Below the pieces are notes generated by a model, which saw only the letters and a program-made list of their open reading frames with translations, was not told where the DNA came from and made no database searches. The translations under genes were made by a program, and so were the position numbers. This document shows, one piece after another, positions 9,447 through 16,152 of a stretch of DNA of 64,000 nucleotides (positions within the stretch are counted from its first letter, which is position 1; each line of letters starts with the position of its first letter). Source of the stretch: an uncultured virus (IMG/VR IMGVR_UViG_3300008954_002234) (lineage: Duplodnaviria; Heunggongvirae; Uroviricota; Caudoviricetes); the IMG/VR virus record IMGVR_UViG_3300008954_002234; one strand, written 5' to 3'.

Positions 9447-9737
9447 ATGAGAGAAAGAGTTATGAGAGATACAGAAAATTACATCTACTTTTGGAATGTC
9501 ACCTATAAGGTAAAGAGAAATCCAAACTACACAGGAAACCATTACCTTGCTACCTGTAATTCAATTATGGGCAACACCTACCCTCTGGAGACAACCAGAG
9601 AGGAAATGATTGAGCAATTCCTTGAGCAAGAGGTTAACACAACACACAAGCACAAGGACATGATTGAAGTGGTCGAAATAACCAAGTGCTTTGAAGATAG
9701 GTCGCCAAAGGGCAGATTTCACAAAGATAATTACTAA
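9447..9737 (+). CDS. Hypothetical early protein
   Basis: ATG 10 nt after the -10 box of promoter 9408. Confidence 0.6.
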   Translation: MRERVMRDTENYIYFWNVTYKVKRNPNYTGNHYLATCNSIMGNTYPLETTREEMIEQFLEQEVNTTHKHKDMIEVVEITKCFEDRSPKGRFHKDNY

Positions 9738-9738
9738 A

Positions 9739-9924
9739 ATGAATATGACTACTAAATTCCCTGCTGTAAACGAAGCAGGACAAACACTCGACCGATTCAC
9801 CGGCAAGGTGCTAACTTGTGACCTATGCGGTGCAGAGGACAGCAAAGAAAACGAAGTCCGAGAATGGGGCAACCCATATGACTGGGGCGTCATTTGCGAA
9901 GAATGCGACTCTCACGAAACCTAA
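9739..9924 (+). CDS. Small Zn-ribbon protein
   Basis: CDLC..CEEC. Confidence 0.55.
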   Translation: MNMTTKFPAVNEAGQTLDRFTGKVLTCDLCGAEDSKENEVREWGNPYDWGVICEECDSHET

Positions 9925-9971
9925 AAAACGCTTGACTTTTAATGCAGTAACTGTTATACTTTAAAACTGAC

Positions 9972-10244
9972 ATGAGACTAAAACCAATAGGAACAAACCA
10001 AACCGAAGTCCATTTTAACGATAGGCTGTCGGACAGAGCCAAACACGCTGTTTTTTTCTTCTCTTACGGAACACCTGTTGCTGCCAAGATTGGCACGACA
10101 TACTACCGCTGCGAAGATAAGTTTAGCCAAACGACATCGCGTCACACGAACGCATGGCTTGAAGATGTAGAGTGTAAAGTCGTCCCACAAACTTGGTTCG
10201 ATAAAGCTCTTCTTGTCCCGTTTAACTTCGACCTCTTCGCATGA
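9972..10244 (+). CDS. Conserved phage hypothetical protein
   Basis: FSYGTPVAA..SQTTSRH..WL pattern, recognised as common in phage early genes. Confidence 0.7.
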   Translation: MRLKPIGTNQTEVHFNDRLSDRAKHAVFFFSYGTPVAAKIGTTYYRCEDKFSQTTSRHTNAWLEDVECKVVPQTWFDKALLVPFNFDLFA

Positions 10245-10453
10245 AATGGGTTTTAACAAGGATTGCGCACTCTTCGATTATAGTTGAGTGCGAAAAAGAT
10301 CCACTTGAAAAATATTGGAAATACGAACTTGATGAGTTGTTCGGATATAAACTTGACAACGAATACCATCAAGACGGTGTGACAGAATGGGAATGCGACA
10401 CCGTCAAAAACATCTACGGCGAAAATTCAAACTATGAAGTTGTAAGCGACTGA
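10241..10453 (+). CDS. Hypothetical early protein
   Basis: ATGA-coupled; stop lies inside repeat unit 4. Confidence 0.55.
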   Translation: MKWVLTRIAHSSIIVECEKDPLEKYWKYELDELFGYKLDNEYHQDGVTEWECDTVKNIYGENSNYEVVSD

Positions 10454-10517
10454 CCTAGAATGAGTTAGGGCCGCGCCCCTACCCCCGCGCATAACTCTTT
10501 GAATACCAGTGACTTAT
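10442..10517 (+). repeat. 76-bp bipartite element, copy 4
   Basis: GTAAGCGACTGACCTAGAATGAGTTAG / ggccgcgcccctacccccgcgc / ATAACTCTTTGAATACCAGTGACTTAT. Confidence 0.88.
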
Positions 10518-10592
10518 GACATGAAAAAAAAGTGAAAAAAAGTAAAAAAAGGTGTTGACATTTCCAGAGATTGTGCTATACTGTTTTCTGTT

Positions 10593-10826
10593 ATGAGAGA
10601 TATGATTACTTGTGAGGAGGTCTTCGAGGCCGACCCGCATGCGCGGGCGGAGTTTGATGTGGTGTGCGACGAATGGCTGAACGAGGCCATCCTCGCGCAG
10701 GACGCCGAGGAGGATCTCGTCGAGTGTGAGGGATGCGGTGAGCAGTGGTATCGCCCGCCGGGTCACTCGGGCGACACCATCGACTGGTGTCGGAAGTGCT
10801 ATAAGAACGACCCTTACTACTGCTAA
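10593..10826 (+). CDS. Acidic Zn-finger early protein
   Basis: CEGC..CRKC; stop lies inside repeat unit 5. Confidence 0.6.
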   Translation: MRDMITCEEVFEADPHARAEFDVVCDEWLNEAILAQDAEEDLVECEGCGEQWYRPPGHSGDTIDWCRKCYKNDPYYC

Positions 10827-10898
10827 AGGCCTGACCATCAAAGACTTACAGCCTCGGGGGCAGCCCCGCGCGTAACTCATTGATTACCAATGACTTGC
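10823..10898 (+). repeat. 76-bp bipartite element, copy 5
   Basis: CTAAAGGCCTGACCATCAAAGACTTAC / agcctcgggggcagccccgcgc / GTAACTCATTGATTACCAATGACTTGC. Confidence 0.88.
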
Positions 10899-10961
10899 GA
10901 TAATAAAAAAAAGTTAAAAAAGGTGTTGACATCCTCGGCAAAGTGTGCTATCATATTCCCA

Positions 10962-11126
10962 GTGAGTGAGAGAAAGACAACCGAAAAGTTTATCCCGCGA
11001 GAGTTCGCACCGGTAAACCACCCTTTTGTTCCGCGTGAGGAGCCGGTTAGCAAGGCATTCGTACCGCGAAAAAAAAGTGAAAAAAAAGTTAAAAAAGGTG
11101 TTGACTTTGTCCCTAAAGTGTGCTAG
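10962..11126 (+). CDS. Small protein with three F(I/V)PR repeats
   Basis: GTG start after promoter 10926; FIPRE, FVPRE, FVPRK. Confidence 0.45.
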   Translation: MSERKTTEKFIPREFAPVNHPFVPREEPVSKAFVPRKKSEKKVKKGVDFVPKVC

Positions 11127-11136
11127 AATTTTCCCA

Positions 11137-11460
11137 GTGAGTGAGAGAAACAATAACATGAATAACCACTACATAGTGAAGGATGAGGACGGTTTGTTCC
11201 GTATGTTCGACGTGAGCCATGATGGGCTTGAGGACGCGATTGAGGTCGCCAATCGGTTTGGCACCGATGTCATGTGTGAGCGTGACGGTGAGGAGACCGA
11301 GTTGGTCTGGTCGTTTGAGGAGTCTGGCGACTCCGAGGCAGACGAGCCTTGGGACGGCTTCAACTCCGACGCCGAGGCTGACGCGGATGCGTTGGCCAGC
11401 GCAGGTTGGGGAACCGACGAGGACTACGGTTGCTACGACGACTATAACGACGGCTTTTAG
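11137..11460 (+). CDS. Highly acidic early protein
   Basis: C-terminal DAEADADALASAGWGTDEDYG motif; GTG 11137 or ATG 11158 start. Confidence 0.65.
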   Translation: MSERNNNMNNHYIVKDEDGLFRMFDVSHDGLEDAIEVANRFGTDVMCERDGEETELVWSFEESGDSEADEPWDGFNSDAEADADALASAGWGTDEDYGCYDDYNDGF

Positions 11461-11513
11461 GCCGTCGTTTTGAGTGCTACGCTTTAAACGCAGCGTGACG
11501 CTCTTTTAAATTT

Positions 11514-11663
11514 ATGTCTCAAAAAAATAATGAGATCGTTCTCAAAAATGTTGAGAACTGGAAGCGGGAACGCGCCGAGCGCGTTCGGGTGAAGAAGGCA
11601 CGCGCAGAGCGCAAATCCTTCAACGAGGGATTCGGTTCATTAAGTGAGCTTCTAAGTCGTTGA
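11514..11663 (+). CDS. Hypothetical 49-aa basic protein (not in ORF track)
   Basis: MSQKNNEIVLKNVENWKRERAER..; TGA lies inside repeat unit 6. Confidence 0.5.
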   Translation: MSQKNNEIVLKNVENWKRERAERVRVKKARAERKSFNEGFGSLSELLSR

Positions 11664-11727
11664 TAGTCAATGACTTAGGGCCGCGGCCCCGGCCCGAGTC
11701 GTAAGTCTTTGATAGTCAGTGGTTTAA
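11652..11727 (+). repeat. 76-bp bipartite element, copy 6
   Basis: CTAAGTCGTTGATAGTCAATGACTTAG / ggccgcggccccggcccgagtc / GTAAGTCTTTGATAGTCAGTGGTTTAA. Confidence 0.92.
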
Positions 11728-11834
11728 GTTCCCTCAAAAGCTACAAAACTACTCTTGCCTAAATATTTGGCTTGTTTTCTTTTCTTAATAAAAGGCTTGA
11801 CTTTTTCTGACAATCTGCTATACTAGTTCCCGTT

Positions 11835-11966
11835 ATGAGCGATAATATCAAATCTTTTGGTGGGATGCTACTACGCAAGGCGTGGAAAGCTGAATGGGAG
11901 AAGTTGCCGCAACCTAAGATGACTTGGGAAACGTTCAAGCGCATGAAGCAACAAAAAAAGTTGTAA
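11835..11966 (+). CDS. Hypothetical 43-aa protein (not in ORF track)
   Basis: Own promoter at 11797; MSDNIKSFGGMLLRKAWK.. Confidence 0.55.
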   Translation: MSDNIKSFGGMLLRKAWKAEWEKLPQPKMTWETFKRMKQQKKL

Positions 11967-12012
11967 AAAGGGGTTGACTTTCGATTCAGAATGTGTTAAT
12001 ATAAATAAAGTT

Positions 12013-12363
12013 ATGAGAGTACAAGTTTATTACAACCTACACAAAAAGCGCCTCTCGGTTCGGAATAGAGGCAAAGTTATCAAGCACGCTGACATTGTTG
12101 CTCTGGAAAATGTAAAGTTCCACGTTCAACCAGCAGGACAAGCCAAGGTACGGAAGAACAAACGCAAAAACGTTCACGCTTACGTTGCTGGTGACTTGGC
12201 CAGCAAGCAGGGCTTTGGGAATGGTACTGTCGAAGAGTTTGAGCTTGTCAAGTATAACCCCTATAAGAATGACTTTTTTGTTGACCTTAAGGGCAATGAG
12301 ATGCGTGATATTTACGAGAAGGCTTTTATCAAAAACAAAGAAATATTTGTTAAAAAGGCTTGA
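12013..12363 (+). CDS. Conserved phage hypothetical protein
   Basis: VYYNLHK..SVR, F.VQPAG..KVR..KRKNVHAYV.G, YNPYK. Confidence 0.75.
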   Translation: MRVQVYYNLHKKRLSVRNRGKVIKHADIVALENVKFHVQPAGQAKVRKNKRKNVHAYVAGDLASKQGFGNGTVEEFELVKYNPYKNDFFVDLKGNEMRDIYEKAFIKNKEIFVKKA

Positions 12364-12434
12364 CTTGAGCCGCAGTTTGTGGTATACTTAATTTATTGGA
12401 AGTGAGAAATAAAGACAAAATAGAAAATAAAGTT

Positions 12435-12647
12435 ATGAAGAAGTTCCTAGTAAACTATACACCGGCTGTCCATGATGGACAGGAGAACGACGACAACAAG
12501 TCCTTTTTCTACCGCGTAGAAATGGATGAGCAGTTCGCCAACCGAGAAGAACGCGATAACTCCGCTGGAATGTCAGCGAAGGATGTCGAATCTGGCCAAT
12601 GGAAGCGATTCCGCTGGGACAGAATCAACAGCACCGTGGCAATCTAG
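12435..12647 (+). CDS. Small SH3/WYL-like domain protein
   Basis: C-terminal KDVESGQWKRFRWDRI resembles the WYL-type R.F..DRI motif. Confidence 0.45.
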   Translation: MKKFLVNYTPAVHDGQENDDNKSFFYRVEMDEQFANREERDNSAGMSAKDVESGQWKRFRWDRINSTVAI

Positions 12648-12662
12648 CCACGTTTAATTTAC

Positions 12663-12883
12663 GGAAGCATCTAGGTTAGCTCCTAGTTAGGAGTAGCACT
12701 CCACAAAAAGCTTCCACACTTTGGGTCGGCGAGTACCACGCCTCCATCGCCTCAATACCGAGTTGCACAGCTATGTATAGAGGACAGGGATGGTAGGACA
12801 TCTTACGCTTGATTACTGGTGGCGCAGTAACGACCTCTTCTCATAACGACAACAACCCTCAGCGGATAACTCCGCTGGGGGTT
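12663..12883 (+). ncRNA. Candidate structured RNA in a gene-free interval
   Basis: Nested stems GGAAGC/GCTTCC, GCTCCT/AGGAGT, GGTCG/CGACC, TTACTG/CAGTAA, ending in a strong hairpin. Confidence 0.35.
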
Positions 12884-12957
12884 AACCCTTTGGTGATCAG
12901 AGACTTACGCCCGCGGCCTCCCCCCCGCGCGTAACTCATTGATAGCCAATGACTTAC
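12882..12957 (+). repeat. 76-bp bipartite element, copy 7
   Basis: TTAACCCTTTGGTGATCAGAGACTTAC / gcccgcggcctcccccccgcgc / GTAACTCATTGATAGCCAATGACTTAC. Confidence 0.92.
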
Positions 12958-13012
12958 GGAAGAAAAAAAAAGTCTTGACATTCTGTATTTTTTGTGTTAT
13001 GATAGATATCAA

Positions 13013-13132
13013 GTGAGTGAGAAAAGAAAACCTGTTATTCGAAAGCGTGTTAAATGGAACACAGGCGAACGCGTACACAAACCCAAGAAGGGCAAGGGCT
13101 CCTATGAACGCAAAAAAAGGTTTGACAAGTAA
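13013..13132 (+). CDS. ArfA-like (alternative ribosome-rescue factor A-like) 39-aa peptide (not in ORF track)
   Basis: MSEKRKPVIRKRVKWNTGERVHKPKKGKGSYERKKRFDK contains the ArfA signature KKGKGSYxRK; own promoter at 12975. Confidence 0.65.
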   Translation: MSEKRKPVIRKRVKWNTGERVHKPKKGKGSYERKKRFDK

Positions 13133-13159
13133 CGCTAAATGTGCTATACTTTCCCCGCG

Positions 13160-13789
13160 ATGAACATGACTATTAAACTTGCACAAGAAAGGGTTGGCTC
13201 ATTGAGCAGCCCATCAAAGATGCCCGGCTACGGGTACAGTACGCCAGCCGAAGATTGTATCACAGGCTCCAAGCTGGCCGAGGTCGTTAATTCAATTTGT
13301 TCTTTTTGCTACGCTCGAAAGGGCCGCTATGTTTTCTCTAATGTGAAGAAGGCCATGAAAAAGCGATTGAAAGCCCTTCAACGCCTCGACTGGGTTGACA
13401 TGATGGTTTTCCTCATTGGTAAAAAAGAAAAGAGCGGCTTTTTTCGCTGGCACGACAGCGGCGATATTCAAGGCATTTGGCATTTAGAAAAGATTGCCGA
13501 AGTTGCAAGGCGATTGCCCCATATTCAATTCTGGCTGCCAACCCGTGAGTACCGCATAGTGCGCGAATGGATGGAGCTAGGACGCAAGCCTGATAACCTA
13601 ACTATTCGGTTGTCTGCTTACATGATGGACGGCAAGCCGCCCGTGATCGCAAAGGCTCTTGGTTTACCGACCAGCGGCGTATCAAATGACAGTTTTTCCT
13701 GTCCTGCGCCAAGCCAAGGCAATGAGTGCAAAGACTGCCGAGCCTGTTGGGATGAAACGGTCGAAAATATCAACTACAAAAAACATTGA
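13160..13789 (+). CDS. GP88-like phage protein
   Basis: SKMPG, C..GSKL..SICSFCYARKG, FRWHDSGD, FWLPTRE, CPAPSQGNECKDCRACW. Confidence 0.8.
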   Translation: MNMTIKLAQERVGSLSSPSKMPGYGYSTPAEDCITGSKLAEVVNSICSFCYARKGRYVFSNVKKAMKKRLKALQRLDWVDMMVFLIGKKEKSGFFRWHDSGDIQGIWHLEKIAEVARRLPHIQFWLPTREYRIVREWMELGRKPDNLTIRLSAYMMDGKPPVIAKALGLPTSGVSNDSFSCPAPSQGNECKDCRACWDETVENINYKKH

Positions 13790-13820
13790 CAATCGAATAA
13801 GCTTGCTGTATCATAATAGA

Positions 13821-13892
13821 ATGAGTGCCGTACTAATTTTGTTGTTGGTGTTTACGATTTACTGGTGGAATCAATATTCAAAAAGAGATTGA
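13821..13892 (+). CDS. 23-aa single-TM peptide
   Basis: MSAVLILLLVFTIYWWNQYSKRD; ATG 6 nt after the -10 box of promoter 13786. Confidence 0.45.
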   Translation: MSAVLILLLVFTIYWWNQYSKRD

Positions 13893-13975
13893 AGAAAAGA
13901 CTTGACTTTAGTGCTAAAATATGCAATAATACTCTCATCGCTGCTAGGGAAAGCAGCAACTAAAAACTAAAACAA

Positions 13976-14407
13976 ATGTTTGGCGAAAAAATAAACTATA
14001 CTCGGCAGGTTCTCAGCGAGAACGACTGGATAATCGGCATGGAAGGTGATAACCGCGAGGAAATCACCGCACGCTTCAACGCATTCTGGAACTGGATGGC
14101 AACCAACGGTGAGCTAGACTGGCGCACCGACAAGCTCGCCGTGTTCTGGACTGACGAAAAACGATTCAACAAGGCCGTTCTGGACATATACAGGAACCGC
14201 CTCCGACAGGATTTAGGCGATGACCTAAAGGGAGTCAAGAATGGCGCAGACTTCTTGGCCATAGACGAAGCCAAGCAATTCGTCGAGTCAATTCAGGACA
14301 CGACCGAACTGTTCACGCACAAGATGCGAACGGTGGAGCTTGACCCATACGAAGAACTGCAGATTTCAGCCGAAGACCTCAGCGACTGGGACGCCGTAAA
14401 GGCGTGA
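13976..14407 (+). CDS. Hypothetical early protein
   Basis: 143-aa ORF downstream of promoter 13902. Confidence 0.7.
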   Translation: MFGEKINYTRQVLSENDWIIGMEGDNREEITARFNAFWNWMATNGELDWRTDKLAVFWTDEKRFNKAVLDIYRNRLRQDLGDDLKGVKNGADFLAIDEAKQFVESIQDTTELFTHKMRTVELDPYEELQISAEDLSDWDAVKA

Positions 14408-14414
14408 TGCTTTT

Positions 14415-14511
14415 CTGAACCCGTCCGGGTGCAGTGGCCATGGTGATCAGGGAGATCCTGATACAGGTGGATCGGTTCAGCCTCCTCATGAAACAGCCGC
14501 ACGTGCCCGGA
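14415..14511 (+). ncRNA. Three-stem RNA motif, copy Y (unnamed)
   Basis: P1-CATGGTG-P2(GAGAT loop)-AC-P3-NN-TGAAACA-P1'; covaries with the copy at 16153-16229. Confidence 0.7.
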
Positions 14512-14514
14512 ATA

Positions 14515-14548
14515 CGAGGGGGGAGCTCTTCCCCCCTCGCTTTTTTTT
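14515..14548 (+). terminator. Intrinsic terminator
   Basis: CGAGGGGGGAG-CTC-TTCCCCCCTCG followed by T8. Confidence 0.88.
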
Positions 14549-14552
14549 ACCT

Positions 14553-14628
14553 GTAAGTCTTTGGTAATCAGTAAGTTACGGCGGCGGCCTCCCCCCCGCG
14601 CGTAAGTCTCTGAGTACCAATGAGTTAC
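14553..14628 (+). repeat. 76-bp bipartite element, copy 8
   Basis: GTAAGTCTTTGGTAATCAGTAAGTTAC / ggcggcggcctcccccccgcgc / GTAAGTCTCTGAGTACCAATGAGTTAC. Confidence 0.92.
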
Positions 14629-14666
14629 GCCTCCCATTTCATGAGAGGCGTGTCAAGCTTTTATTT

Positions 14667-14698
14667 GAGGGGAGGTGGGGAAGCCCCCACCTCCCTCC
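14667..14698 (-). terminator. Terminator-like hairpin at the convergence point
   Basis: GGGAGGTGGGG-AAG-CCCCCACCTCCC just after the DUF932 stop; no clear U-tail on -. Confidence 0.55.
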
Positions 14699-14703
14699 TA
14701 CCA

Positions 14704-15591
14704 TTACGATGCTACTAGCACATCGTCCGACTTGACTACTGGCTTGCGAGTGAGCTTGCCGAAGAACGTCTTGTCCTTTGCTGCCTTGGTCAACTTCTTG
14801 AGAACAGTCTCGCTGACCTTGCTCGCGTACTCGTAACGGTCATTCTGAACAGCCGCACGATTCTTACCGCTCGACAAATGCTGAGTGGTCGCGTTGTACA
14901 AGTTGTACAGATTGCGAGCCTCGTCCTCTTTGTAAGTAGGATTGAACCAGATTTTGGTAATCTCCTCACGCAGAGAGTTGCTCAACACCTTTGAATCACG
15001 AAGATTCTTGAGAATATAATCTCCGATGGTGTTGTCAATCTTGGTCTCAGCCAATAGAGCATAGTCCTCGCCGATTGTCTCGAACGCTGTCACCGCAGAG
15101 TCAATAGCCCTAGACACTCCACTCAAGTCTAGCTTGCTGGAATGCTTTTGGTTGAAGCTATACGTCGAGCGTAAAGCCTTCATACCATTAGTGCATATCT
15201 GACGCAACGCTGCCAAGTCCAAACCCGCAAAGCAGGAACGGTCATAGGAATTGCGTCCTGTGATACGCATACCAACGGTATCACCTACGCCCGGAATGAC
15301 TATATTCTTTCCGGGTAGGTCATACGTTGCGTACATGGTAGCACCATCGCGTGCCACCTTAACATCCTTGGTATAGTCCAAACCTTTGTCAGTTAAAACT
15401 GACTCGATTGAATTAACCAATGTAGAGTTTAGCAACAAGCCATACTTGTCACTCGTTACACCTAGCACTTGGCCGGTGTCTGTCCTGCGCGTTCCCCAGA
15501 AGCCAGCATCGCTGCCGTCTTGAGTCCGCAGTTGCTCCATAACTACAGGGAAATCGTAGTTACCGCTCGTTGGTCTAGTAGTTCTTGCCAT
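14704..15591 (-). CDS. DUF932 family phage/plasmid protein
   Basis: RTDTGQVLGVTSDKY, RNSYDRS, RQICTNGM, KHS. Confidence 0.85.
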   Translation of the reverse strand: MARTTRPTSGNYDFPVVMEQLRTQDGSDAGFWGTRRTDTGQVLGVTSDKYGLLLNSTLVNSIESVLTDKGLDYTKDVKVARDGATMYATYDLPGKNIVIPGVGDTVGMRITGRNSYDRSCFAGLDLAALRQICTNGMKALRSTYSFNQKHSSKLDLSGVSRAIDSAVTAFETIGEDYALLAETKIDNTIGDYILKNLRDSKVLSNSLREEITKIWFNPTYKEDEARNLYNLYNATTQHLSSGKNRAAVQNDRYEYASKVSETVLKKLTKAAKDKTFFGKLTRKPVVKSDDVLVAS

Positions 15592-15627
15592 AACGTCTTT
15601 TTATCTTAACACTTACTGTTTTGAAAG

Positions 15628-15873
15628 TCAAGCCCAAAGTTGAGCCCAGCCTTCTGGACTGTAACCACTGGCGACAAACTCTCTGTCGTCAGCATTCAAC
15701 GACTTCAAAGCAACCTGAAGCAGCTCTCCCTGATTCAGATCCCATAATTCATGGCCGGGTATCGTAACACTGTAAGGTTTACCTGTCTTTTTACAGGGGC
15801 CTGTAAAGGTGTACGTATGCTCTGGCTCGTAAGCCTCTGTGTAGGTGCAATTGGTATGTATATAACGTCCCAT
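15628..15873 (-). CDS. Hypothetical early protein
   Basis: Own promoter (TTGACA at 15912-15907, TATACT); L.ADDREF..SG.SP..W motif. Confidence 0.65.
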   Translation of the reverse strand: MGRYIHTNCTYTEAYEPEHTYTFTGPCKKTGKPYSVTIPGHELWDLNQGELLQVALKSLNADDREFVASGYSPEGWAQLWA

Positions 15874-15929
15874 AACTTAAATGAGTATAACACAAACTGC
15901 CCTCAATGTCAACCCTAAAAAGTAACACG

Positions 15930-16005
15930 ATAAGTCATTGAGTATCAAGGACTTAAGGCGCGGGGGGAGGTGCGCGCCGTAACTCATTGACTGTCAGTGA
16001 CTTAT
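15930..16005 (-). repeat. 76-bp bipartite element, copy 9 (inverted)
   Basis: ATAAGTCATTGAGTATCAAGGACTTAA / ggcgcggggggaggtgcgcgcc / GTAACTCATTGACTGTCAGTGACTTAT; the spacer is C-rich on the - strand. Confidence 0.92.
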
Positions 16006-16078
16006 AAACCTTAAAATCTTATGATATAATCGAAAAGCCCTTTATTTGCCTTATTTGCGAAAAATGGGGAAAATGGGC

Positions 16079-16109
16079 GAAAAAAAATACCCCCGCCGAA
16101 GCGGGGGTA
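16079..16109 (-). terminator. Intrinsic terminator
   Basis: On -: TACCCCCGC-TTCG-GCGGGGGTA followed by a T-run. Confidence 0.9.
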
Positions 16110-16152
16110 AGTGAATGAACTATCTCAACTACTACTGAGGGGGGAAAGAGGG

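Larger units (their letters stand above)
6897..13930 (+). promoter_or_regulatory. Array of about 17 near-consensus sigma70 early promoters with A-tract UP elements
   Basis: TTGAC(A/T) or TTGC(A/T)A, 16-17 bp, then usually TGn-TA(T/G)(A/G)(C/A)T; -35 boxes at 6897, 7208, 7460, 8667, 9195, 9408, 9932, 10555, 10926, 11101, 11797, 11974, 12360, 12975, 13122, 13786, 13902. Confidence 0.88.

Noticed and set aside
8667..13159. N-terminal extensions in the ORF track such as MKKKLKKGLT.. and MLSCEIYAIL..
   Set aside because: They are translations of A-tract and promoter DNA; the real starts lie downstream of the -10 boxes.
7094..16005. CRISPR array reading of the palindromic repeats
   Set aside because: Repeats occur only in pairs, are degenerate, flank similar low-complexity 22-bp spacers and are separated by whole genes; no cas operon is present.
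7094..16005. Canonical integron attC or Xer dif sites
   Set aside because: No consistent RYYYAAC/GTTRRRY cores, no dif consensus and no integrase in the window; kept only as an analogy.
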